This document shows positions 39,766 to 52,217 of a stretch of 64,000 nt of DNA, piece after piece. Source of the DNA: Mustelus asterias (lineage: Eukaryota); the NCBI RefSeq assembly GCF_964213995.1, contig NC_135810.1:100316001-100380000 (forward strand), written 5' to 3'. The position numbers and the translations under genes are program-made. The notes under the pieces are model-generated. The model did no database searches. It was not told the DNA's origin and was given only the letters and a program-made list of their open reading frames with translations. The number at the start of each line of letters is the position of its first letter. Within the stretch, counting starts at the first letter, position 1.

Positions 39766-40356
39766 GAAAAACTATAAGCTCCAACTGTACGAAGTCTCCA
39801 ACCGGAAAATGGTCACGTGAGCCTGGTATCGGGAGGCTGCCAGCTCCCTGGAACCGTAGCCCAGCATTAGTCATTGTCTTCAGAAAGAAAAGGGGGAGAG
39901 GGAGATGGAGGGAAAAGCCAGGGTTGGGGAAAGCAATAGAGAGTGTTCTCTGGGGTTTTGTCAGCAAAAATATAAATGCATCAGAAATACTCTCGCGGTT
40001 AAGATTTTATCCCTTGTGGCTTGACCCATGCCATACTGAAACATCTTTTAAATAAATACGTGACCCTTTTGACTTTCCTCAGTTCTCTTTCAAATACTGC
40101 CCGATTCTGGCAGCTCTCTTCAAGGAGCCTGTTTCTAAATTCATAAATCATTACTTTCGACTAATAGTCCATTCACCGAGATTCTCATTTCATCTCATCA
40201 TTACAAATTTCAATTCCTGTTCACTCAAACTTTTCAGGTGATGAAAGGGAATATTTTGGTTTAGTGCGCGGAACCAAATTTGATCCAGCTCCCCAAGGAT
40301 CTGCCTTTCTCCCTGCCTTTCTTGTGATTCATTAATCAGGAAGTTCAGACTTTTGT

Positions 40357-40800
40357 TTTATTCATTTACAGGATGAGAGCATCACTGCCTGGGCCAGTAT
40401 TTATTGCCCGTCCCTAATACCCTTCCACCTCAGAGAGCATTTGAGAGTCTTCCATATTGTTTTGGATCTGGAGTCACATGTAAGGCCAGTAAGAAGACTC
40501 ACAACACCAGGTTAAAGTCCAACAGGTTTATTTGGAATCACGAGCTTTCGGAGTGCTGCTCCTTCATCAGGTGAGTCAGTGTAGGCCAGATCAGGTAAGA
40601 ATGGCAGATTTCCTTCCCTAAAGGATATTAGCGAACCAGATGAGTTTTTACGACAATCGGCAATGGTTTCACAGTCATCATTAGACATTTAATTCCAGAT
40701 TTTTTATTGAAGTCAAATTTCACCATCTGCCCTGGTGGAATTTGAACCCAGGTCCCCAGATCTTGCCCTGGCTCTCAGTGACAATATCGCTACGACACTC
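40357..40800 (-). mobile_element. MER131/MetaSINE-like SINE interrupted by a PLE fragment
   Basis: Reverse complement of the 29522 element. Confidence 0.72.
40538..40574 (-). ncRNA. Minimal hammerhead ribozyme (PLE-type), core intact
   Basis: Minus strand TCAC-CTGATGA-A-GGAG(CAGCA)CTCC-GAAA-GC-TC-GTGA. Confidence 0.8.
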
Positions 40801-41634
40801 TCCAGCCAAGGTTTTAGCACAGTATTTATCACATTCTACACCTCATAATGCCGATATGTGGGTCAGTCCAGGTTTCTCTATTACTTACGATTTCACTGAA
40901 TGCACTAGAAGCAGCCATGTCTTAACAAAATGCTGAAAGTATTTTTGTATGTGTTGCAAAATTCTTCACTGAAGAAAAAAAACTCTGTGGCAAGGGCTGC
41001 TACCTCCAAATTCCATAAGGTGCAGTATATTACTGACCTGTGAAGGGACGGATGAATCTGCTGTGACATTATCATCGCAATTCATTAAATATTTAACAGA
41101 GTCTGGCCTTTATGAGGAGATTGAAAGAGTTGTAAGAGGATATTGTGTCAAATGAATTTCATGACTCATGTCTGCATTGGCTAATTTAAGATACGGTCTG
41201 GAATTTCTGCACAGGAACAAGGTTAACTACCTCAAAGAACGACAAATCATCACACAGATAAGAATGAAAGATAATCAGGGAGTGCTGGATCCTTTTGTTT
41301 TTACATATCATGCCAATATTGTTGTGGTACATGTGCTCCCACCATTGGTCTCAGTAATGAATGGCACCTTGATGCATGGCATCGGATCTCTGATCCACTG
41401 TGTCACTGCTACATCACCTTTCTCAATCAGCTTTAACTCTTTCAGGCACAATGTTCTTGGTTCTCTGCATGTTCTGGTAATATGCATTTAAGATCAGATA
41501 TGTCCCAGTTCAAAGCCCCGTCCATCCTCAGTGAGCTAGTGAACAGTAAGACGTTTGATTTGACTGATGTACCAAACAGCTGCTGAATCTCATGAAACCA
41601 TACCTCAGTGCTGTTCGATGAGGGAAAGCGGGTG

Positions 41635-42005
41635 AGACTCGCCTCCTGACTCCCCAAGACCTCTCCGCCATCTACAAGCCACAAGTCAGGAATGTGATTG
41701 AATTCCCTCCATTTGTCTGGATGAGTGCAGCTCCAACAACAATCAAGAGGCTCATCACCATCCAGGACAAAGCAGCCTCCCTGATTCCATGCATTATCTT
41801 AAACATTCATTCCTTTTCCACCATTGATGCACACTAGCAGCACCGTCCCATCTACGAGATGCACAGCAGCAACTTGTCAAGCCTTTGTTGACTGCAGCTT
41901 CCAAAATTCATGCCTCTACCACCTAGGAGGCAGCAGACGCATGGGAACATCACTTCCTGTTAATTCCCCTCCAAGACAAACAACACCCTGATCTGGAACT
42001 ACATT
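41635..42005 (+). mobile_element. LINE fragment, same family as 11250-11836
   Basis: IYKPQVRNVIEFPP..TIQDKAA, degenerate. Confidence 0.7.
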
Positions 42006-42121
42006 GCAAATGAGCATGGAAAATGTCATTTATTGTGCTTTGGGAGGAACACATGAAGAGACAGTTCAAATTCTCAAGATTGTGGGCTTCCCGCCCTCAC
42101 CAGCTCAGAATCATTTCATCT

Positions 42122-42463
42122 TAGAAATCTTAGAATCCCTACAGCACAGAAAGAGGCCATTCGGCCCATCGAGTCTGCACCGACCACAATCCCACCCAGG
42201 CCCTACCCCCATATATTTTACCCACTAATCCCTCTAACCTACGCATCCCAGGACACTGAGGGCAATTTTTTTTTTAGCTTGGCCAATCAATCTAACCCGC
42301 ACATCTTTGGACTGTGGGAGGAAACCGGAGCACCCAGAGGAAACCCACGCAGACACGAGGAGAATGTGCAAACTCCACACAGACAGTGACCCAAGCCGGG
42401 AATTGAACCCAGGTCTCTGGAGCTGTGAAGCAGCAGTGCCAACCACTGTGCTACCGTGCCGCC
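42122..42463 (-). mobile_element. V-SINE subtype A
   Basis: Head, core and tail. Confidence 0.9.
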
Positions 42464-43590
42464 CATTTCAATGCTAGAAATAAGGTGGTCTTGGCATCTA
42501 GGTGTCTTGTCTACGATTCAAGGCATGGTTCTCTATCCTCCATTTGCTCTGTCCTCTATCTGTGTCTCTGGAACTCTGCGAAGGTATTTATTATTTATTC
42601 TCGCTCGCCAGCAATGCCGCTTTGAGCACTTCACTAGATTTCTCCTTAAGTTTATCTTTTCCGAGTTTGTTCAATAAATATCCAAAGCACAATTTCCCAT
42701 CAAGACATCTCTCAACTGCTTTTATCCAGAGTGTATTGTAAACTGGGGTAAAAAATAGCTCAGTGTTAACGATGAAATTAAAGAAGTGTGCAGTCAGTCA
42801 GAGTATTTAAATTAGTTCTCATTAATTAGCAAGAAAAGTTGAAGGATTCTTACACGTCTGAAATTATTGACATTGGCTTTCTTCCAGATGGGTTTTGTCA
42901 CCATTGATTTTTCACAGCTCCTAATTTCATTGTAACTAATTCTAACCCATTTATATTATGCAGATGATTTCCAACTGAAACTGAAACCACCACCCGTCCT
43001 ACTTCATTCCCCAAACCAGACCCAGCGCTGCTTCCTGATTCATTGTGCTTGGAATGTACTGATTTAGAAAGTTCTCTAGTAAATATTTTTAAAGTTCTTC
43101 AAATTCCCTGAAGTTTTTCCCCCTTTATTTGTGTAACTGAATGCCACTAATACCACTGTATTAGTTTTACATTTCTTGGAAATGTGCCTTTGGATTCACT
43201 CTTCCTCTATCTTCTTCTTGGTACTTGGGCAGCCCCTGTGCTGTACCTCAATTCTGACCAAACATATTGCATCGTTGAACCTTATATTGTCTCATTGCAA
43301 AACTATAACATTATTATTGCTAAGTACTGCCAACCCCCCTCCACCATGAAACGTAGTACCAGAGGCAAACCTACAGCAATGTGCTGTATCTTCCCTTGGA
43401 GGTACTGATTTGATGCTCACGAATGAGTTTCAGTGCCTGCCTCCAGCTGTAAAGTCCTACCAGTGACGCTCGGTATTGAGTGTTCCAACATTCCAGTTGA
43501 TGAGCTCCCTGAGTTCTCGATCAGCCCATCGTTCAGGTGAGGGGTACATTTCTTTGGTCAAAATGGTCTGTTTGGACCTATTCCTGATGT

Positions 43591-43891
43591 CATAGAATCC
43601 CTACAGTGCAGAAGGAGGCCATTCAGCCCATCGGGACTGCACCAACCACAATCCCACCCAGCCCCTATCCCCGTAACCCCAGAGTCCCCCTGACACTAAG
43701 AGGCAATTTAGCAAGGCCAATCAACTGAATCTGCACATCTTTCGGACTGTGGAAGGAAACTGGAGCACCCGGAGAAAACCCACGCAGACACAGGGAGAAT
43801 GTGCAAACTCCACACAGACAGCGACCCAAGCTGTGAATTGAACCCGGGTCCCTGGTGCTGTGAGGCAGCAGTGCTAATCACTGTGCCACCA
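43591..43891 (-). mobile_element. V-SINE subtype A
   Basis: Head, core and tail. Confidence 0.9.
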
Positions 43892-45029
43892 TTGCAGAAT
43901 ATTTCTGGCCAGAACGATACAGGCTGAGAAGAAAAGGTATCATTCCAAGAATGTGAATTGTTCCCTTATCTTTTTTAAAGGGAGAAAGTGAGCTACATTT
44001 TGATTCTATTTTAGATGGGTCCACCAATTTAAACTGCAAATTCAGCTTGCAGAAATTTTCCGATTTCGTACTGCAGCTGTTATCTATTAAATCTGTTAGT
44101 CTGGAGTCATGTATATTCTGCGGCCGGAGCTGACAGAAATATATTATTATTGTCTAGATGTTTCCTATTTATAACCAGTGGGCAGAAAATCTAGGTTTAT
44201 GCTCTGTCGACAGTGTTGAATGCAGTCTGGGCAGGCGATACCACCCTTGAAACGATGCCACTGGATACTAATGTTCACGCATTTAACATGTTCATCTGAA
44301 ATTACTATAATGAATTAATGCCTAGCATAACTTAAGGGTCATTTTCTATTTGCCTGGGAAAACACCCACAAGCAATTTCCTATGCAAATCACAGCCACAC
44401 AAGTAATTGGCAATCCTTCTTCAAAAGAAATATCAAGATTAAAAAAATGTGGGAGTCTTTAAGTTTTGCTGAACATTCTGAGTTTTGGGATTTGGACAGA
44501 TGGAGAAGATAATAATGTAAGATTACGCTACAAACATCAAACTTCCATTCCAATAATGCCAATACTGTAAGGGATACTCAAGATTAAAGAAAAGAGGATT
44601 TTACCAATTGAGACACTTGTTTAATACCTAAAGCTATTTTTGTAAAAAGGCTAAGAAATATATTTGACGCTGTACTCAATACTTTCTGTCTAATTCTTTT
44701 TTCCCAAAAGCACCTCTACGGGAATAATTTATCCTTAACAGGACAGTGGCTGGGACCATTTCCTCCTCCACTGGGTACTCAGTCTTAGCTTTGCAAAGTA
44801 TTTGCCTCTTAATGGGAGGGTTAATGTCACCATAGTAACATGTCAAAACACAAACCTGTCTTTACAAATAGAAAAACAACATTTCAATGGTGTAATAACG
44901 TGTCACTAAATTACTGAGAGCTTGGAGCTACTTAAGCTGCTGAGATTGGCACTGTGGGTCATAGTAAGGTGATTGAATAACTTGCCTTATCTCACTACTT
45001 CCTCTGTGGTGTAGTTCCTTTTGCCATAT

Positions 45030-45576
45030 CGGTGGCACGGTGGCACAGTGGTTAACACTGCTGTCTCACAGTGCCAGGGACCCGGGTTTGATTCCTGGCT
45101 TGGGTCACTGTCTGTGCGGAGTCTGCACGTATTCCCTGTGTCTGCATGGGTTTCCTCTGGGTTCTCCAGTTTCCTCCCACAGTCCGAAAGACATGCTGGT
45201 TAGGTGCATCGTGTAATGACTTCAATCAGGCCATTGACGTTGGCCAGCTGGAATATGAACTCCCTGGTTAAGGAGACAATTGATGGGCCAATCAGTGAGT
45301 CTTTTCCTTGTATTTAACCGGGAGTGTCAGTTCCTCTGGCACTTCCAAAGGTAGACTGCTGACTGATAGCTCTCTGTGTACTGCTGTTGGAATTGTAAAT
45401 AAAGGGATTTTGGTGAAGGGACTTCTGCCTCTGAAGACTTATTACACAATGCCCATGCTAGATCCTCCCTTAGTGTACCCAAACAGGCACCAGAGTACGG
45501 CAAATAGGGGATTTTCACAGTAACTTCATTGCAGTGTTAATGTAAGCTTACTTGTGACACGAATAAACAAACTTTC
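45030..45576 (+). mobile_element. V-SINE subtype B interrupted by a solo LTR
   Basis: Breaks at TAGGTGCATCG and resumes CAATGCCCATGCTA. Confidence 0.85.
45212..45446 (+). mobile_element. Solo LTR, 235 bp
   Basis: TGTAAT...ATTACA inverted ends; TATTTAA and AATAAA; flanks CATCG/CAATG each one mismatch from the SINE's CATTG (5-bp duplication). Confidence 0.75.
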
Positions 45577-45771
45577 AAAAGCGTTCAAACCTTTCTCAAC
45601 TTTAATTTTTAAATCTCTTTTTTAATTAAAATCCGTTTAAAATTTTACCAGAAAGAGGCACAGCTAACAGAACATACATTATGGAGCAAGCTTGCTTCAG
45701 TGCACCACCTACACTAGGCAGACAAATCCAGGAAGTGACCTCTGAATGATTCTCTAATATGGCAACTCTAT

Positions 45772-46170
45772 TCGGAGGCTGAGGGGAGACCTGTTCAAGG
45801 TCTACAAAATTATGAGAGGCATAGACAGGGTAGATAGTCAGAGGCTATTTGCTAGGGTGGAAGTGTCAATTACAAGGGGGCACAGGTTCAAGGTGAGAGG
45901 GGGAAAGTTTAAGGGAGATGTTTGGGGGAGGTTTTTCATGCAGAGAGTGGTGGGTGCCTGGAACGCGCTGCCAGAGGAGGTGGTGGAAGCAGGCACATTA
46001 GCAACATTTAAGAGGCATCTGGATGGGTTCACCAATAGGGAGGGAATAGAGGGATACGGACCGAGTAAGGACAGAAGGTTTTTTTTAGTTTAGTTAGGGC
46101 ATCATGATCGGCACAGGCTTGGAGGGCCAAAGGGCCTGTTCCTGTGCTGTACTTTCCTCTGTTCTTTGTT
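45772..46170 (+). mobile_element. CR1-like LINE 3' fragment
   Basis: RRLRGDLFKVYKIMRGIDRV..TRGHRFKVRG..FFMQRVVGAWNALP. Confidence 0.88.
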
Positions 46171-46780
46171 TCTTCTCTTGTGATTTAAGATTCTGATTAT
46201 TTGTGTCTGGCATTTTTCATGATTCAGTGAACCAGCTTGAATTGACTGAAACATTTACCAGGCCAACAGTCGAAGGTCTATCCAACTTTGAATAGCTAAC
46301 TAACTATACTAGACATTCCTTTTGCTCTCCGAGCCAACAAAAAAGTTGCAAGGTTCGCTTAAACTTGCAGAAACAGACCTACCATTATATTCATCCCCCT
46401 TTATTGCTGCCCTTCCAAGTATGATTGTGCGGTATGTTTGACTCTCTGTTCTACTGCATGGAATATATTTGATCAATAGTTGTTGCTTTTGTTGCAGTTT
46501 TATAATGTTTTCTTCTCCTCCCTCACCCCCTCATTTCTTGAAGGTGCTGACACATGCTGCAGTTTGGTTCACCAGGCTGCAACTACCCACTGGTAAGTAC
46601 ATTAAGTGATTGTTCTCTCTGGTTGAAGCAAAATATTGTTAAAGTCAGGTGGATCCTGATATTCGTGCATTTGCTTCCAGTGGTGGGTCACAGACTGTCC
46701 AACAGAAGTAGGAACCCAAACTGATCTTCCTCTTGCCAAGCTAGGACATTGCTGAGGACACTCCTGGGGTCCTCTCAGTA

Positions 46781-46841
46781 AGAAGTTTAACAACACCAGG
46801 TTAAAGTCCAACAGGTTTATTTGCAACACCGGCATCTCCAC
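46781..46841. mobile_element. 61-bp PLE terminal fragment with internal inversion
   Basis: Inverted pLTR piece plus direct CAACACCGGCATCTCCAC; GTCCTCTCAGTA duplicated at 46769-46780 and 46842-46853. Confidence 0.75.
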
Positions 46842-47011
46842 GTCCTCTCAGTACCCAGGTTGAGACCAGCTTACTCTGCACACATCAGAAACTGAACTGA
46901 GATCAGTCTGCTCCGTCAGCGTCACATTTGGTGGTTTTGCTTGACGAGATTTTGACTTTACGCAATTGTTTATTCAGATGATTTAACAGGATGGCACAAC
47001 ATGAGTCAAAT

Positions 47012-47342
47012 AGGCGGCACGGTGGCACAGTGGTTAGCACTGCTGCCTCACAGCCCCAGGGACACGGGTTCGATTCCAGCCTTGGGTCACTGTCTGTGTG
47101 GAGTCTGCACATTCTCCCCGTGTCAGCGTGGGTTTCCTCCAGGTGCTCCGGTTTCCTCCCACGCTCCAAAGTTCAAAACAATGTGTAGATTAGGTGGATT
47201 GACCTTGCTAAGTTGATCCTAGTGTCAGGGGATTAGCAGGGTGAATACGCAGTGTTATGGGGATAGGGACTGGGTGGGATTGTTGTCGGTGCAGGCTCAA
47301 TGGTCCAAATGGCCTCCTTCTGCATTGTGGGGATTCTATGAA
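47012..47342 (+). mobile_element. V-SINE subtype A
   Basis: Head, core and tail. Confidence 0.9.
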
Positions 47343-47519
47343 ATGCTACTTGATAATACATATTTGATCAGTTTACCAATCACCTGATGAAGTAGCTATT
47401 AACTTCAATATCGTAATATCAAAGTGGAGATAAGCAGACTTCGACATGGAGCCATGTGATTGGGGGGGGATACAGGTGCAGTATCAACTGCAGAGTTTGG
47501 AAAAATGTGTTGAGTAGAT

Positions 47520-48010
47520 TTTTTTACACCTCCGTTCATGGAATGCGGGCATCGCTGGCAAGGCCAACATTTGTTGCCTGTCCACAAATTGCCCTGCACA
47601 AGATGGTGGTCTTGAACCGCTGCAGTCCATGTGGTGCAGATACACCCTGTACTGTTATTGAATGAGCTTCAGATTTTTTACCCAGCGACAGTAACAGAAA
47701 CCTCCAGATGGTGGTGATGTGTCTGCTGCCTTTATCCTTCTAGCTTTGAAAGGTGCTTTCGAAGGAACTTTCCTGAGTCACTGCAGTGCATCTTGTGATT
47801 TTTTTAAAATTTATTAATTTACAGGATGTGGACATTGCTAGCTAGGCCAGCATTCATTGCCCATCCCTCATTGCCTTCGAGAGGGTGCTGGTGAGCTGCC
47901 TTCTTGAACCGCTGCAGTCCATGTGGTGTAGGTACACCCACAGTGCTGTTAGGGATTTTGACCCAGCAACAGTGAAGTAACGCCAATATATTCCCAAGTC
48001 AGGATGGTAA
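47520..48010 (-). mobile_element. Two tandem 3' fragments of the 11250-family LINE
   Basis: CTTGAACCGCTGCAGTCCATGTGGTG present twice; reverse complement of the 11630-11830 region. Confidence 0.65.
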
Positions 48011-48371
48011 GTTAAATCAGGAGCTGAGGCAGCCTGGCTGAACTCAAACTGAATGTCAGTGAACAGATTATTGCGTCTAAGTGCCAGAATGGTGGAACAG
48101 GCGCCATGGGCTGAAGGGTCTACTCCTGTTCCTATGTCTTTCCCGACTGTACATTACTGACCCTGATGGGTCTGTCTTGATAGTGGAATAGGACATACCC
48201 AGAGATGGTGATGGTGGTGCCTGCAACATTGGACCTAAGATATAATTTGGGTAGTATGACTATCTCAGGCTGTTACTTGACTTGTCTTTCAATTTTGGCA
48301 TGTGCACTGAGATCTTAGCAAGAAGGACTTTACAAGGCTGATGCGGCAGGGTTTGCTGTTGTCATATCCAG

Positions 48372-48820
48372 CCTTCACGACACACGACAGCGCAGAGTCG
48401 CTGAACAGAAACTGATAGCCAAGTTCCGCACGCATGAGGACGGCCTAAACCGGGATGTTGGATTTATGTCACATTATCAGTAACCCCCACAGCTTGCCTC
48501 CTGGACTTGCAGAATTTCACTAGCTGTTCTGTCTGGAGACAATACACATCTCTTTAACCTGTGTTGAATGCTCCCTCCACCCACATTGTCTGTACATTTA
48601 AGACCTGGCTGGCTGTAGAGATTTGCATTCTAATCAGTATTCTGTAATTTGATTTCTGTGTCTGTTTGCACTGTTTGAGAACAGATATCCACTCCATCTG
48701 ACGAAGGAGCGGTGCTCCGAAAGCTTATGGTATTTGCTACCAAATAAACCTGTTGGACTTTAACCTGGTGTTGTGAGACTTCTTACTGTGCTTACCCCAG
48801 TCCAACGCCAGCATCTCCAC
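48372..48820 (+). mobile_element. Penelope-like element 3' end with hammerhead and 11-bp target duplication
   Basis: LHDTRQRRVAEQKLIAKFRTHEDGLNRDVGFMSHYQ*; GTCATATCCAG at 48361-48371 and 48821-48831. Confidence 0.88.
48694..48730 (+). ncRNA. Minimal hammerhead ribozyme (PLE-type), core intact
   Basis: CCAT-CTGACGA-A-GGAGC(GGT)GCTCC-GAAA-GC-TT-ATGG; palindromic AAGCTT in place of stem III. Confidence 0.82.
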
Positions 48821-48904
48821 GTCATATCCAGTGCCCAGGTCAATGCAAGGTGGTCCACCCAGTTTTATTCCTTCTTGACCTTTCTCCAGTGGTTTGGTCC
48901 AGTT

Positions 48905-49170
48905 ATTAGTTTGCTAGGCCATTTCAGATGGCAGTTAAGAGTCAACCATGTAGGTCAGATCAGACAAGTACAGCAGGTTAGCTTTGCTCAAGGGCATTAG
49001 TGAGCTAGATTTTTTTTTACAACATGGTCAAGGTATAGTTTATTTAGTTAATTTATTTATTAATTAAATTCCAGTTGCTGTGGTGGGATTTGAATCCCAT
49101 ATCCTCACAGAATTAGCTTGAGTCTCTGAATTACTAGTTCAGTAACATTATCATCATACCACCATACCGT
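48905..49170 (-). mobile_element. MetaSINE-like relic
   Basis: Degenerate reverse complement of the 29522 element. Confidence 0.55.
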
Positions 49171-49196
49171 AGATGAAAATTAGATGGAGACTATGT

Positions 49197-49492
49197 GTGG
49201 CACGGTGGCACAGTGGTTAGCACTGCTGCCTCACAGCGAGAGGCTCCCAGGTTCAATTCCCGGCTTGGGTCACTGTCTGTGTGGAGTCTGCACGTTCACC
49301 ACGTGTCAGCGTGGGTTTCCTCCGGGTGCTCCGGTTTCCTCCCACAGTCTGAAAGACGTGCTGGTTAGGTGCGTTGGCCATGATAAATTCTCCCTCAGTG
49401 TACCCGAACAGGTGCCGGAGTGTGGGATTTTCACAGTACCTTCATTGCAGTGTTACTGTAAGCCTATTTGTGACACTAATAAATGAACTTAA
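49197..49492 (+). mobile_element. V-SINE subtype B
   Basis: Head, core and B tail. Confidence 0.9.
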
Positions 49493-50159
49493 AAATTATC
49501 CTTGTGCTGCTGTGCTGAGCGATATTGGCTGAAAACTAGATGCCGCCTATCCATTCTATAATTGCTGGATTTGCCTTGGTACAAAGAGATAAAAATGGAT
49601 GTGGGAAATAGAGGATAATATGCCCTTCCAATGATGGTGAATGCCATTAATGATCAAATAGAAATAAGATAGGGATTGCACTGTAGATTGAAAACAACCA
49701 ATCATTTGAATAGTAAGTCTGAGAAGCATGACATTGATAGTTGGAATAGCATATGTCCCGCATGGGAATTAATGGCAGGACTAACACCTCATTGCCATTC
49801 AGTGCTAATTCTCATCCTCGGCTTTGAAATATTTAATTTCTTTTACATATATATTGAAAATTTCTGAGCGATGAAGCTGAAACAAGATGAGTTTGGCTTT
49901 TACATCAGCAAGGATATACCTCTCAAGCACGAGTTCATTCATTTTGGATTAGGCAATAAATTCCTTCAAGTTATTGACTGTAACTTGCAGCCTGAGAACC
50001 ATGACTAATTGGTCCCGTCGCAAGCTAGCAGCGGAGAAAGAGGGCACTTCAATCTACCATCTTTAATCGATCCAATGTGTACTTAAACAATAATTTGCAC
50101 TCATCTATGTGAGCCTCATAGCATTCACTGTCTGATCCCCAGAAAGAATGACTATGGTG

Positions 50160-50445
50160 GATAGCCTCAGGATAAAGGGATGACCCTTTAGAACCGAGAT
50201 GAGGAGGAATTTCTTCACCCAGCGGGTGGTGAATCTCTGGAATTCATTGCCGCCGAAGGCTGTGGAGGACAGGTCATTGAGTGCATTTAAGATAGAGAAA
50301 GATAAGTTCTTGATTGGTAAGGGGATCAAGGGTTACGGGGGAAAAAGCGGGAGAATGGAGTTGAGAAATCTATCAGCTATGATCGAATGGCGGAGCAGAT
50401 TCGATGGGCCGAATGGCCTAATTCTGCTCCTATATCTTATGGTCT
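50160..50445 (+). mobile_element. CR1-like LINE 3' end
   Basis: MRRNFFTQRVVNLWNSLP; tail GGGCCGAATGGCCT...TCTTATG. Confidence 0.85.
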
Positions 50446-50787
50446 TAAGATGTGATCTGATTCCTCCACTGCTCACCATGTAATTTCCTCTTCATTAATT
50501 TATATGAGGGAAGGGAAAGTGGGTGGAGAATGGATGGGTAAAGAGGGCATGTGTGCTGAAGATGCAGATGTATCTTAAAATTTGGCTTCACCTTCCCTGT
50601 TGCAATTTTTTCTTCCCACTCTTGTACCATCATTTAAAAAAAATTTATACAACATGGGACCCATATATGATTATAAAAAGGGAGGTGCAGTCATCAGTAG
50701 GTCTGCAAATAGCCGATTTTACATGTGCCCATCATTACGATGCCACTCCAGAATGTGTACTGATGGAACAAATAGGCTTTTACTGTT

Positions 50788-50922
50788 AAAAGCAAATTAC
50801 TGCGGGATGCTGGAATCTGAAACCAAAAGAGAAAATGCTGGAAAATCTCAGCAGGTCCGGCATCATCTGCAGTGAGAGAAAAGAGCTGGTGTTTCGAGTC
50901 CAGATGACCTTTTGTCAAAGCT
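50788..50922 (-). mobile_element. PLE pseudo-LTR arm with hammerhead relic
   Basis: Same family as the 13880 arms; minus strand TGACAAAAGGTC..GACTCGAAAC. Confidence 0.55.
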
Positions 50923-51011
50923 GCTTTTAATGTTGCATGTCACAAAGGTTTGTGTGGCAGCATTGGCAGTCTTTACTGGAATGAAGATAGTTCTTCATGT
51001 CATATTTAAAA

Positions 51012-51326
51012 ATCATAGAATCCTATAGTGCAGAAAGAGGCCACTCGGCCCATTGAGTCTGCACCGACCACAATCCCACCCAGGCCCTATCCCCATAACC
51101 CCGTACATTTACCCGAGCTAGTCCCCCGATACTAAGAGGCAATTTAGCATGGCAAACCCACACGTCTTTGGACTCTGGGAGGAAACCGGAGCACCTGGAG
51201 GAAACCCACGCAGACACGGGGGGAACATGCAAACTCCACACAGACAGTGACCCAAGCTGGGAATCGAACCCAGGTCCCTGGCGCTGTAAGGCAGCAGTGC
51301 TAACCACTGTGCCACCGTGCCGCCCC
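51012..51326 (-). mobile_element. V-SINE subtype A
   Basis: Head, core and tail. Confidence 0.9.
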
Positions 51327-52217
51327 ACAGAAGACGCCCCAAAATATTGATATGTTTTACTTATAAGAATAATTTTACATCCTATATTCTCAAAGAAAGT
51401 TTTTTTTAAAAGAAAAACATTTCTTTCAGGGGAACGGGTGGATCTAATTCAGGTTTTCAGTCTTGAAAGGATTTTCGGAATGAACGGTGAAAAATTGTTT
51501 TTACTGGGGGCAAATTGTTAATAACTGGGCCATTGGCTGAGGATTATAATGAAAGAAGCAAATGACAGCTTCAATCAGCTATTTGCACTGTTAACAACTA
51601 CCAGAGGCAGTGTAAAAGTGGAGACTCGGGGCATCGCATTCACATGATATTGGTGTCCATCACGTATAGCAGGCAATTACATTAGCACGGACCTGTCCTT
51701 TATGTGTGTGGGGATTGTAGTGACAATCCACGCTTGAAATCAATGTGTTGTGGGATCATCTTCAACTTGTCTGAGATAACAGGTGAAGAAACTAAAGTCT
51801 TTTTTTCCCCTCTACACTTCTCTGTGACTCACAAGGACACACATCAGATACCTTTTATTTGTAAGATGATACAGTGAAATGTCGATATTTCTAGCTGTGT
51901 CAATGTTATAACAGCAATGAGGGAAATTGATAAGTTTCAACGACTGCAGCATATCCCTCTCCTCCCCGAAACGGCCTGAAACCTTCAACTCTTCAGAAAT
52001 GATGCTCACAATTACCCATCCAAGAGTGTGATTAAAGACACAAGTGTTCTCTCTGTTGTTAAGGAATAGAGCAGAGCCCAAAGGTTCCTCTTTGAAGACA
52101 GATCTTCAGTGCACGAGAGGGATGATTGCAAACTGTGCGCTATCCTGGACGAATGTCAACTCGCAACAAGAATCAGAAATTCAGCCACTGACTTCGATTC
52201 TGGAGATGTGGAAGATA

